A stretch of 64,000 bases of DNA from Bacteroidota bacterium (GCA_049317525.1 JBMOIC010000008.1:19165-83164), one strand, 5' to 3'; positions 9,942 to 19,076 are shown, numbered from the stretch's first letter. The notes: generated from the sequence alone by a model not told the origin. Numbers and translations are program-made.

Positions 9942-11867
9942 ATGTGTGGAATAGCTGGCATAATTGAATATGCTAAATCTTCATCAGGGATTAATCAATC
10001 ATTATTAAAAGCAATGAGCGATATTATTTCTCATCGTGGCCCAGATGATGAAGGACAATGGATTTCACCTGATTGTGAAGCTGGATTTGCTTTTAGAAGA
10101 TTAGCTATCATTGATTTATCACCTGCCGGACATCAACCAATGTCTACTCCAGATGGTAGATTTACTATTGCTTTTAATGGTGAAATTTATAATCATCGTG
10201 ATTTGAGAATTGATTTAGAAAAAAAAGGATATATCTATACATCTCAATCAGATACCGAAACAATTCTTTATGGATTCGCCGAATATGGTATTGATCTATT
10301 ATCAAAAATGGTTGGCATGTGGGGAATTGCTATTTGGGATAATTCAGAAAAGAAATTATTTATTGCCCGCGATAGGGTTGGCATAAAACCTTTATACTAT
10401 TATCATAATAATGGAATCTTTGTTTTTGGGTCAGAAATAAAATCCATACTTCAACATCCCGATATCATTAAGCAAATTAACTATGAAGAAATGGCTAATT
10501 ATCTTGCCTTTTCGATGTCTAGTGATTTAGATTCAATGTTTGCAGGTATCCATAAATTACCTGCTGGACATTATGGAATTCTTGCTAAACAAGGAGAATT
10601 ATCTATAAAACGATATTGGAAATGTTTAACAAATCAAGCAGATTATTGGCAGCATAATGAACAAGAAACTATCAATGAAATTATGGTTTTGCTTAGGCAG
10701 GCCGTAAAAGATCGCATGATGAGCGATGTACCATTTGGGGTATTTTTAAGTGGTGGTATAGATTCAAGTACGAATGTTGCTTTGATGTCGGAATTAATGA
10801 ATCGTCCTGTTGATACTTTTACAGTTGGTTTTAGAGAACTTGAACAATACAATGAATTAGAACATGCCAGAACTATTGCTTCATTATTCAATACACATCA
10901 TCATGAGATTTTGATAGATCATAAAGATGCCTTTCCTGTTCTTGAAAACTTGGTTTGGCATGAAGATGAACCCAATGGAGACCCAGTTTGTATTCCACTG
11001 TATTTTCTCAGTAAATTAACCAAAGAATCTGGCACTACCGTTATTCAAGTTGGTGAAGGTAGCGATGAGCAGTTTATTGGATATCCATGGATGACAAGAG
11101 ATTTACAATTTCATGATTCATATTGGCAACAATTTACTGGCTATCCTAAAAAGGTTCAGAAACTAATATATCATACCATTAAGCCCTTTATGTTGGCTGC
11201 TAAACAATATTTAGCTTTAGATTATATGCGTCGTGCTGTGGATGGAGAACCATTATATCAGGGAGGCGCAGTAGATTATACAAAAACACATTTACGTTTA
11301 GCATTAGGGAAACAATCAAAATATCTTGCCGAACAGGTTCATGCAATGCCCACAAGATTTGATCAAGATATGATGGAATTACAGATTAATCCCAAAGACT
11401 ATGCTCAAAGAATTGCAGGAATTGAACTGTCTCACAGATTGCCAGAACTATTATTAATGAGAGTTGATAAAATAACAATGGCGCATTCTTTAGAAGCACG
11501 AGTTCCATTTTTAGACCATCGATTGATTGAGTATACTATGAGAATTCACCCATCTCTAAAAATGAAATCAATGCAAGAAACTAAGTATTTACTTAAAAAA
11601 GCAGTAGAGCCACTTTTGCCTCGTGATATTATCTATCGAAAAAAACAAGGATTTGCTGCTCCTGTTGCAGAGTGGATAAGAGGCCCGTGGTTTTCTTATG
11701 CCTCAGATACAATATTAAATTCCCAATTAGTAAAAGATGGGATTTTAGACAAAAGTTATCTAAGGGTTATGCTGCAAGATCATAAAAATAACAGAGGTAA
11801 ATATGGTAAAGCCTTATACACAGCTTTAAATCTAGCGCTTTGGCACAGAGTATGGATGGGTAAATAA
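9942..11867 (+). CDS. asnB: Asparagine synthase (glutamine-hydrolysing) family amidotransferase
   Basis: 641 aa. The N-terminal MCGIAG carries the Ntn glutaminase Cys. SGGIDSS is the ATP pyrophosphatase loop. Confidence 0.85.
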   Translation: MCGIAGIIEYAKSSSGINQSLLKAMSDIISHRGPDDEGQWISPDCEAGFAFRRLAIIDLSPAGHQPMSTPDGRFTIAFNGEIYNHRDLRIDLEKKGYIYTSQSDTETILYGFAEYGIDLLSKMVGMWGIAIWDNSEKKLFIARDRVGIKPLYYYHNNGIFVFGSEIKSILQHPDIIKQINYEEMANYLAFSMSSDLDSMFAGIHKLPAGHYGILAKQGELSIKRYWKCLTNQADYWQHNEQETINEIMVLLRQAVKDRMMSDVPFGVFLSGGIDSSTNVALMSELMNRPVDTFTVGFRELEQYNELEHARTIASLFNTHHHEILIDHKDAFPVLENLVWHEDEPNGDPVCIPLYFLSKLTKESGTTVIQVGEGSDEQFIGYPWMTRDLQFHDSYWQQFTGYPKKVQKLIYHTIKPFMLAAKQYLALDYMRRAVDGEPLYQGGAVDYTKTHLRLALGKQSKYLAEQVHAMPTRFDQDMMELQINPKDYAQRIAGIELSHRLPELLLMRVDKITMAHSLEARVPFLDHRLIEYTMRIHPSLKMKSMQETKYLLKKAVEPLLPRDIIYRKKQGFAAPVAEWIRGPWFSYASDTILNSQLVKDGILDKSYLRVMLQDHKNNRGKYGKALYTALNLALWHRVWMGK

Positions 11868-13261
11868 TGCAATCGCAAAAGCCCATCATGCACTTTAATG
11901 TATTAGGTGGTACAGAAGAAATTGGCGCAAATTCAACATTTCTCAATTTTGGGGGTACTGGGATTATCGTTGATGCTGGATTACATCCCAAAAATAGATC
12001 GGTTCATGCTTTTCCTTCAATCCATTCTATTGAAGATGAACCAACTGATGCATTATTAATTACGCATGCACACACAGATCATATTGGTGCTTTGCCCTAT
12101 ATTCTTAAAGAACAACCATATTTGCGCTTGATAACTACTGCTTTAACTCGGGATATTACATCTGTAATGTTACAAAATACGAATAAACTTATTCGAGATC
12201 AGATTGATATATCTCAATTTAAACAAGATGCTTTGAGTTTATATACCAAAGAAACTGCAGAATATATTTCTACAGTATTCGAAACATATTCATATAAAGA
12301 CCCATTTGAGATTTTAGGCAGAAGAGGCATTATGCCTGTGAAGTGTACTTTTTTTGATGCAGGGCATATACCAGGATCTTCAGGTATATTATGTGAATGG
12401 AATGGTTTATCAGTTTTTCATACAGGAGATGTGCAATTCAAAAAACAAACTTTGATTCCTGGGGCATCTTTTCCCAAGCATCATATAGATATATTGTTTT
12501 GCGAAAGCACAAATGGAGCCAAAGAGTCAGAAGAATTATCATTCGCTACGTCTAAAGTTGAACTTGCCAAATTCATAAATGCTATAAGTAATCAAAATGG
12601 TAGTATTTTAATTCCAAGCTTTGCTTTAGGGAAAACCCAAGAAATTCTTTGCATTATTTTTGAGATGCAACAGAAAGGGTTAATTCCTACTTTGCCAATT
12701 TATTCTGGTGGAATGGGAAAAAAAATATCAGCTATCGTAGATAGATATTGCTATACCTCTCCTAGAATTAAGCCTGGATTTGAAATAGCAGATATTCCCC
12801 AAATTGATATTCCATATGATGATATGGAAAAAGGACCATATTTTTCTACTCCGTCTATTGTTATTGCTTCTAGTGGCATGATGAACCCAGGAACAATTAG
12901 CTATAAATTAGCGCATTCTTGGATGCAAAAAAGAAATTATGGCATCGCTTTTATTGGTTGGCAAGATCCAGATGCGCCCGGATATGCATTGTGTCATTCA
13001 GAGCCTAATCAAAAATTTATGTTTGGTCCTCATGCTGTAAAAAGACAATGTGCAATCAAAAATTTTAGATTTAGTGCTCATGCTTGTAAAGAAGATCTTT
13101 TAGGTTTTATAGAACAAGTACAACCTAAATTATTAGTATTGCTTCACGGAGATCAAGAAGCTTGCGAATCCTTAGCAGCATCTGCCAGTAATATTATGCA
13201 CGATGGAATGAAAATCTTGCTGCCAAAACAAGGCAAAAAGTATTCATTCGAAAAAGAATAA
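11867..13261 (+). CDS. MBL-fold metallo-hydrolase of the beta-CASP (CPSF/RNase J-like) type
   Basis: 464 aa. Has the HAHTDHIGALPY (HxHxDH) motif and a C-terminal FSAHACKEDLLGFIEQVQPKLLVLLHGD typical of beta-CASP/RMMBL. Its ATG overlaps the asnB stop (TAATG). Confidence 0.7.
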   Translation: MQSQKPIMHFNVLGGTEEIGANSTFLNFGGTGIIVDAGLHPKNRSVHAFPSIHSIEDEPTDALLITHAHTDHIGALPYILKEQPYLRLITTALTRDITSVMLQNTNKLIRDQIDISQFKQDALSLYTKETAEYISTVFETYSYKDPFEILGRRGIMPVKCTFFDAGHIPGSSGILCEWNGLSVFHTGDVQFKKQTLIPGASFPKHHIDILFCESTNGAKESEELSFATSKVELAKFINAISNQNGSILIPSFALGKTQEILCIIFEMQQKGLIPTLPIYSGGMGKKISAIVDRYCYTSPRIKPGFEIADIPQIDIPYDDMEKGPYFSTPSIVIASSGMMNPGTISYKLAHSWMQKRNYGIAFIGWQDPDAPGYALCHSEPNQKFMFGPHAVKRQCAIKNFRFSAHACKEDLLGFIEQVQPKLLVLLHGDQEACESLAASASNIMHDGMKILLPKQGKKYSFEKE

Positions 13262-13429
13262 AGGTGAATTATGATGTATAAACAAAGTGTACCCAAAGAT
13301 TGGTATTCATGTATTTCTTCTTGTTATTTTACAATTGTCTTTCTGATTTCTCTGTTCTTTTATTGTCATTTCCCTAGTTTAGCAATTTCCAATAATGATA
13401 CGATTCCATTTATCTCTTCAAAAAAATCT

Positions 13430-13816
13430 ATGAAAAAAATATTATTAACAGACAAAGCACCTGCACCCATTGGACCCTATTCACAAGGTATTTTTGCAGG
13501 CAATTTATTGTTTTTATCAGGCCAAATCCCATTATCAGCCGATGGAACTCATATTATTGGCGAAGGTGATATCGCTGCTCAAACAAAGCAAGTTCTTGCA
13601 AATATCGATGCATTATTAAAAGCTGCTGGGCTTACCGCCAATGATGTTGTTAAAACAACAGTATTTATCAAAAATATGAGCGATTTCCCTGTAATTAATA
13701 CAGTATATAATGAATATTTTGGGGAATCAAAACCAGCAAGAAGTACCGTAGAAGTTAGCCGATTACCAAAAGATGTCTTGATAGAAATTGAAACTATCGC
13801 TTTAATAAGCAAATAA
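13430..13816 (+). CDS. ridA: RidA (YjgF/TdcF/UK114) family reactive-intermediate deaminase
   Basis: Canonical N-terminus [20 protein letters not shown], with EIETIAL near the C-terminus. The ORF is open in frame back to the ATG at 13271 (see findings). Confidence 0.85.
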   Translation: MKKILLTDKAPAPIGPYSQGIFAGNLLFLSGQIPLSADGTHIIGEGDIAAQTKQVLANIDALLKAAGLTANDVVKTTVFIKNMSDFPVINTVYNEYFGESKPARSTVEVSRLPKDVLIEIETIALISK

Positions 13817-13893
13817 GCGATTTCTAACGATATTCATCAGTCTTAAAAACATTAATTTATTGTCAATATCTATTCTTTGTATCTAATCATATT

Positions 13894-15666
13894 ATGAATA
13901 CACCTTTATTACAGGTAAAGAATCTTATTACTGAATTTCGTTCCGAAGAACGTACTCATCAAGCTGTGCAAGATATTAGCTTTTCTGTTGAGCGTGGAAA
14001 AACTTTAGGAATTGTAGGTGAATCAGGTTCAGGAAAAAGTGTTACTTCTTTAAGCGTAATGCGATTAATTCCAGACCCACCAGGACGCATAATTCAGGGC
14101 GAGATATTATTCACAGAACAAGATGGTTCCCAAACCAATTTACTGTCTTTACCCGAAGATAAAATGCGAAAATACCGGGGAAATCAAATATCTATGATTT
14201 TCCAAGAACCTATGACTTCGCTTAATCCTGTTTTTAAGTGTGGACAACAAATTATGGAAGCTATTATACTCCATGAAAATATCTCTAAGGATGAAGCCAG
14301 GCATAGAGTTTTACAATTAATGAAAGAAGCGCAATTACCCCGTCCAGAAGCAATGATTGATCAATATCCACATCAATTATCTGGTGGGCAAAAGCAAAGA
14401 GTGATGATTGCTATGGCCATGAGCTGCAATCCATCCCTTTTGATTGCCGATGAACCAACAACTGCTTTAGATGTTACTGTTCAGGCTACAATACTTGATT
14501 TAATGAGGGATTTACAAAAAAAACATAATATGGGTATGATGTTCATTACTCATGATTTAGGTGTTGTTTCTGAAATTGCCGATGATATCATAGTAATGTA
14601 TAAAGGAAAAATTGTAGAACAAGGTAGTGTTCAAGATATCTTTCAAAATCCTCAACATCCATATACCAAAGGATTATTGGCTTGCCGTCCTCGCTTAGAC
14701 AAAAAACTACACATTTTACCTACAGTTCGTGATTTTATGGATGAAAATCCAGATGGTTCTATCACTGCAAAGCCTCTTGCTCATGCTTCGATAGATGAAG
14801 TTGTAGAACATAATATTGTCACTGTAGAACAAATCAATAAAAGAAATGAAGAGTTATCTTCGCTTCAACCTTTATTAACTGTCGATAATTTAAAAGTATA
14901 TTTTCCAATGAGAAATAGCGGTCTTTTTGGAAATTCTTCCGAAATGGTAAAAGCTGTAGATAATATCTCTTTTGATGTGAAACCAGGTGAAACCCTTGGA
15001 TTAGTTGGCGAATCAGGTTGCGGTAAAACAACTACAGGAAGAGCTATTTTACGATTAGTAGAGCCAACAGATGGTTCAATTATGTTTAAAGGACAAGATA
15101 TTAGGTCTTTATCTAAGCATGATTTAAAAGGTTTAAGAAAGAATTTTCAGATCATTTTTCAAGATCCATATAGTTCTTTAAATCCTAGATTATCTGTGGG
15201 AAGCGCAATAATGGAAGTGCTAAATGTTCATAAAATACTTGATAATGAAAAACAAAGAAAAGAATATGTGCTGTATTTATTAGATAAAGTTAATCTTGAA
15301 CCACATCATTTTAGTAATTATCCTCATGAATTTTCTGGCGGGCAAAGACAAAGAATTTGCATTGCACGTGCTCTAGCACTTAAACCTGAATTTCTTATTT
15401 GCGATGAATCTGTATCTGCCCTAGATGTATCTGTTCAAGCACAAGTTTTAAATCTTTTGGTGCAATTACGCGAAGAGTTTAAGCTTACTTATATTTTTAT
15501 TTCTCACGATCTAAGCGTTGTTAAGTTTATTAGTGATCGTATTGCAGTGATGAATGCTGGGTCTATAATCGAAATAGGAAATGCTAGAGATATTTATGAA
15601 AATCCGCAACAAGAATATACACAACGCCTTATTGATGCGATTCCAGGAAATCATTCTTTTTCTTAA
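13894..15666 (+). CDS. ABC transporter ATP-binding protein with two fused ATPase cassettes (oligopeptide/dipeptide DppD-DppF/YejF type)
   Basis: 590 aa. Two Walker A motifs (GESGSGKS, GESGCGKT), two signature motifs (LSGGQKQR, FSGGQRQR) and two Walker B motifs (LLIADEPTTALD, FLICDESVSALD). Confidence 0.85.
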   Translation: MNTPLLQVKNLITEFRSEERTHQAVQDISFSVERGKTLGIVGESGSGKSVTSLSVMRLIPDPPGRIIQGEILFTEQDGSQTNLLSLPEDKMRKYRGNQISMIFQEPMTSLNPVFKCGQQIMEAIILHENISKDEARHRVLQLMKEAQLPRPEAMIDQYPHQLSGGQKQRVMIAMAMSCNPSLLIADEPTTALDVTVQATILDLMRDLQKKHNMGMMFITHDLGVVSEIADDIIVMYKGKIVEQGSVQDIFQNPQHPYTKGLLACRPRLDKKLHILPTVRDFMDENPDGSITAKPLAHASIDEVVEHNIVTVEQINKRNEELSSLQPLLTVDNLKVYFPMRNSGLFGNSSEMVKAVDNISFDVKPGETLGLVGESGCGKTTTGRAILRLVEPTDGSIMFKGQDIRSLSKHDLKGLRKNFQIIFQDPYSSLNPRLSVGSAIMEVLNVHKILDNEKQRKEYVLYLLDKVNLEPHHFSNYPHEFSGGQRQRICIARALALKPEFLICDESVSALDVSVQAQVLNLLVQLREEFKLTYIFISHDLSVVKFISDRIAVMNAGSIIEIGNARDIYENPQQEYTQRLIDAIPGNHSFS

Positions 15667-15682
15667 ATAGGTATAATCATAC

Positions 15683-16690
15683 ATGAAACTAGATATTCAT
15701 GCACATATATTGCCACAGAATTGGCCATCTTTAAAAGATAAATATGGTTATGGTGGTTTTATTACTCTCGATCATCACAAACCTGGATCTGCAAAGATGA
15801 TGAGAGATGATGGTGTGTTTTTTAGAGAAATACAAGAAAATTGTTGGAATCCTGTATCTATTTTACAAGATATGGATATTCATCATGTTGATTATATGAC
15901 ATTATGTACCGTTCCAGTTTTATTTAATTATTGGGCAAAACCAGAACATGGACTCGATTGGTCGATGTTCTTAAATGATCACTTAGCTTCTGTATGCAAT
16001 CAATATCCTCGTTTTATTGGTTTAGGTACAGTTCCCATGCAAGACATATCTCTTGCAATTAAAGAAATGGAACGCTGTAAACTTGAATTAAATATGCCTG
16101 GTTTACAAATAGGATCTAATATACTTGGTAAAAATCTAGATCATGAATCTTTACTCCCTTTTTATGAAGCCGCCGAACAACTTGGCGTCTGCCTAATGAT
16201 TCATCCTTGGGAGATGGCTGGTGCCGAAAGAATGAAATCTTATTTTCAGGAATGGCTTGTTGGTATGCCTGCAGAAACAACTCTTGCTGTTACTTCAATG
16301 ATTTTTGGTGGCATTTTTGATAAATTTCCAAAATTAAGAGTATTGTTTAGTCATGCTGGAGGATCATTCCCATTTACTTTTGGAAGAATATCTCATGGAT
16401 GGCATGCCAGACAAGACTTATGTAATATCAATCATATCAAAGATCCAAAATCTTATATTGGTAAATTTTGGATTGACGGTATTACTCATGATGATGATGC
16501 ATTCAGATATTTACTGTCAATTTTTGGTGCTGATAAAATTTGCTATGGAACAGATTATCCTTTCCCTTTAGGAGATTTAAACCATGGTGAATTTTTAGAA
16601 AAAATGTCTATACCTCAACACATAAAAAATCAGATATTCTCTCAATCTGCAATGGAATTTTTAGGTATTTCTCTTCCTACTTCATCATAA
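15683..16690 (+). CDS. 2-amino-3-carboxymuconate-6-semialdehyde decarboxylase (ACMSD)-like amidohydrolase
   Basis: 335 aa. Alignable by eye along its whole length to my recollection of animal ACMSD: MKLDIHAHILP..WP.L...YGYGG, ENCWNP, YWAKPE, LVGMPAETT, KFPKL...HAGGSFPFT.GRISHG, GTDYPFPLG. Confidence 0.75.
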   Translation: MKLDIHAHILPQNWPSLKDKYGYGGFITLDHHKPGSAKMMRDDGVFFREIQENCWNPVSILQDMDIHHVDYMTLCTVPVLFNYWAKPEHGLDWSMFLNDHLASVCNQYPRFIGLGTVPMQDISLAIKEMERCKLELNMPGLQIGSNILGKNLDHESLLPFYEAAEQLGVCLMIHPWEMAGAERMKSYFQEWLVGMPAETTLAVTSMIFGGIFDKFPKLRVLFSHAGGSFPFTFGRISHGWHARQDLCNINHIKDPKSYIGKFWIDGITHDDDAFRYLLSIFGADKICYGTDYPFPLGDLNHGEFLEKMSIPQHIKNQIFSQSAMEFLGISLPTSS

Positions 16691-17728
16691 TAGTGGATCT
16701 TTAATTGTCTCTATGTCTTGCAAGCATTGTTGTCTATATTCATCAAAATATATAGACTCTACATCGTGATGTTTAAGAGCTATTCTTTTCTTTTCTGCAA
16801 ATCGATGAAGCTGTAGATTTTTGTACACATCTTTATCATCTATATCATTTTGCTTCTTTATGTGTTCTGATACATGAAGTCCTTTAAACCTTGCATATGC
16901 TTCTACAATCATTTCACCTCCCCTTTCTCTGGCAGTTTTTGTATATCCAGCAATATGTGGTGTAGCCATAAATGTAGATGAATGATTTGCAATATGAGCA
17001 TTCCATAATGGCTCTTCTTCCCATACATCAATCGCAAGTAAAAGATTAGATGTCTGTAATTTTTTTAATAATGATGATTCTTCAATAATGCCACCCCTGC
17101 TTGTTTGAATAAGAAGTGATGCTGACATTATTTCACATTCATCTGTAGAAAACATATTTGATGTTGGATATGCACCTTGATATGTTAATGGAGTATGAAT
17201 ACTTATAATATCGGCTTGCTGTAAAATTTCTCTTTTTTTCCGCCATTCTATATTCTGATACATAATTCCTGATTCCTCAAGGAATGGATCTGATGCTATA
17301 ATTTTCATGCCCAATGTTTCTGCAATCTTTGCCACTCGCTTCCCTACTTGTCCTAATCCAAATATACCAAGTACTTTATTTCTTAAGGAAATTTGATAAG
17401 TATGCGAATATGATAATAATGCAAAATATACATATTCAGTAACTGCTACAGCATTAGAACCAGAGGCTGATGCAAAAGCAATCGAATGATCATTCAAATA
17501 TTTCACATCAATATGATCAATGCCGGCTGTAGCAGTACCAACAAAACATACATTCGAAGATTTCAATAAAGGTTCATTTATTTTTGTAACAGAACGAACA
17601 AATAAAGCAGTGCATTTAGCATCAATAAGGTCTTGATTTGTTAATGTTCTACCATCAATAAAAGAAATCTCGTTAAAACCGAATGGTAATGATGAAGGTA
17701 GGATGATATTTTTATCGCATAAAATCAT
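16685..17728 (-). CDS. pdxB: Erythronate-4-phosphate dehydrogenase-like D-2-hydroxyacid dehydrogenase
   Basis: 347 aa. The N-terminus follows the PdxB pattern (ALFVRSVTKINEPLL..VCFVGTATAGIDHID). Also has the GLGQVGKRVA NAD-binding loop. Its stop overlaps the ACMSD stop convergently. Confidence 0.7.
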   Translation of the reverse strand: MILCDKNIILPSSLPFGFNEISFIDGRTLTNQDLIDAKCTALFVRSVTKINEPLLKSSNVCFVGTATAGIDHIDVKYLNDHSIAFASASGSNAVAVTEYVYFALLSYSHTYQISLRNKVLGIFGLGQVGKRVAKIAETLGMKIIASDPFLEESGIMYQNIEWRKKREILQQADIISIHTPLTYQGAYPTSNMFSTDECEIMSASLLIQTSRGGIIEESSLLKKLQTSNLLLAIDVWEEEPLWNAHIANHSSTFMATPHIAGYTKTARERGGEMIVEAYARFKGLHVSEHIKKQNDIDDKDVYKNLQLHRFAEKKRIALKHHDVESIYFDEYRQQCLQDIETIKDPLL

Positions 17729-17749
17729 AGAGGATTATCAATTTTTTAG

Positions 17750-17757
17750 CAAATATA
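17750..17757 (-). promoter_or_regulatory. Candidate FCB-type -7 promoter box (TAtaTTTG on minus strand) upstream of pdxB
   Basis: Plus strand caaatata, 22 nt upstream of the ATG at 17728. Confidence 0.35.
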
Positions 17758-17832
17758 CAGAACAAGACATATTTTCGATGATTAAAACACGTTATATTGA
17801 CTTCAGCATTATACACTTATCTCAAAAAACTT

Positions 17833-18831
17833 ATGTATCCTTATAGATTATATATAATTACAAGATTCATTTTATTATTGCTTTTTAGTAGTACGATAAA
17901 TTTATTTTGTGCTCAAGATGCAGGAGAAATATTCAAGCTTGGTATGAAAAGACACGATGCAAATGATTGTCCTAAAGCTATAGAATTATATACCAAAGCA
18001 ATCAATTTAGACAGCACATTGGCAAGGGCATATTTTAATCGGGGCACATGTCATTTAAAAGTAGGAAAACCTGATTTAGCAGAGCAAGACTTCCTTTTAA
18101 CTATTACATATGATTCTTTATTGATGGATGCATACTATAGTTATACAGTAAGTTTATTATATAGTAATAAACATAAACAAGCTTTACCAATGTTAAACAA
18201 AGCATTAATGATAGAGCCAAATAATGCACCATTACGAAATTTAAGAGGACAGATTTACGCGTATTTAGGTGACAAACAATCTGCTTGTAGCGACTTATCA
18301 ATTACAAAAGGTGCAGGAGACAAAGAAGGAAATGGGCTTTTTGATAAAATTTGTGGCGGAGATACATTAAAGGGAGAAGCATTCTCATTACCGTGGCCAG
18401 TAGATGAACACTGGAGAGTTCAAAATATATCTGAAGATTCTACATTTAGTTTAATGGAGTTTTTTCATGACAATGAACAACCGGAACTTTGGACAGAATA
18501 TGGGGCTATGATGACTTTAAGAGATATAAGAAATGCAAACTTTAAAGAATTTTCTCAGATGATATATCAAGACTTCAAGCAGCGGGCACCAAAAGCGACA
18601 TTGCAGTATATCAAAGAGGATAAAAAATCAGAATTTCCTTGGCTTATTCTTTTATTACAAGCTCCAAGTACTGTAGATCACCAAAAACCTGAATCGCAAT
18701 TATGGTATATGATTCAGGGTAAAACAGCTTTATATTCTAATTTTAGAGCTGTAAAAAAAGCAACTTTATCAAAAGATTTGATAAAAAAGTGGAGTGCATT
18801 TTTTAGATCTGGCACTATTATAGAAAAATAG
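17833..18831 (+). CDS. TPR-repeat protein with uncharacterised C-terminal domain
   Basis: TPR-like repeats (AIELYTKAINLDSTLARAYFNRGTCHLKVGKPDLAEQDF...) follow a hydrophobic N-terminus. The ORF track start at 17797 is a TTG; the ATG at 17833 is chosen here. Confidence 0.55.
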   Translation: MYPYRLYIITRFILLLLFSSTINLFCAQDAGEIFKLGMKRHDANDCPKAIELYTKAINLDSTLARAYFNRGTCHLKVGKPDLAEQDFLLTITYDSLLMDAYYSYTVSLLYSNKHKQALPMLNKALMIEPNNAPLRNLRGQIYAYLGDKQSACSDLSITKGAGDKEGNGLFDKICGGDTLKGEAFSLPWPVDEHWRVQNISEDSTFSLMEFFHDNEQPELWTEYGAMMTLRDIRNANFKEFSQMIYQDFKQRAPKATLQYIKEDKKSEFPWLILLLQAPSTVDHQKPESQLWYMIQGKTALYSNFRAVKKATLSKDLIKKWSAFFRSGTIIEK

Positions 18832-18832
18832 T

Positions 18833-19072
18833 TTATGTATTGATCATTTTTGCAGCCGAAATAGCAGATATTCTTTTTCTTAGAATTCTTTCTACTCCAG
18901 CTCTCATAGTAAGAGAAGAAGCACTACATTTAGCGCAAGCACCTTTTAATTCTACCCAAGCTACACCATGTTCATCTATTTTTACAAGTTGAATGGTACC
19001 ACCATCACGCTGAATAGCTGGCCTAATTTCTTCTGCAATTACTTGTTCGGTTCTATCAAAGATTTCATTCAT
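18833..19072 (-). CDS. NifU C-terminal domain (Nfu-like) Fe-S cluster protein
   Basis: 79 aa. Pattern IRPAIQRDGGTIQLV...ELKGACAKCSASSLTMRAGVERIL, a CxxC within an Nfu-type fold pattern. Confidence 0.75.
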   Translation of the reverse strand: MNEIFDRTEQVIAEEIRPAIQRDGGTIQLVKIDEHGVAWVELKGACAKCSASSLTMRAGVERILRKRISAISAAKMINT

Positions 19073-19076
19073 TTCT

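Noticed and set aside
9942-11867. AsnB homologue as a lasso-peptide cyclase or other RiPP enzyme
   Set aside because: It retains the N-terminal catalytic Cys (MCGIAG) of genuine glutamine-dependent amidotransferases. There is no precursor peptide, no B-protein (transglutaminase/PqqD-like) and no dedicated exporter gene adjacent.
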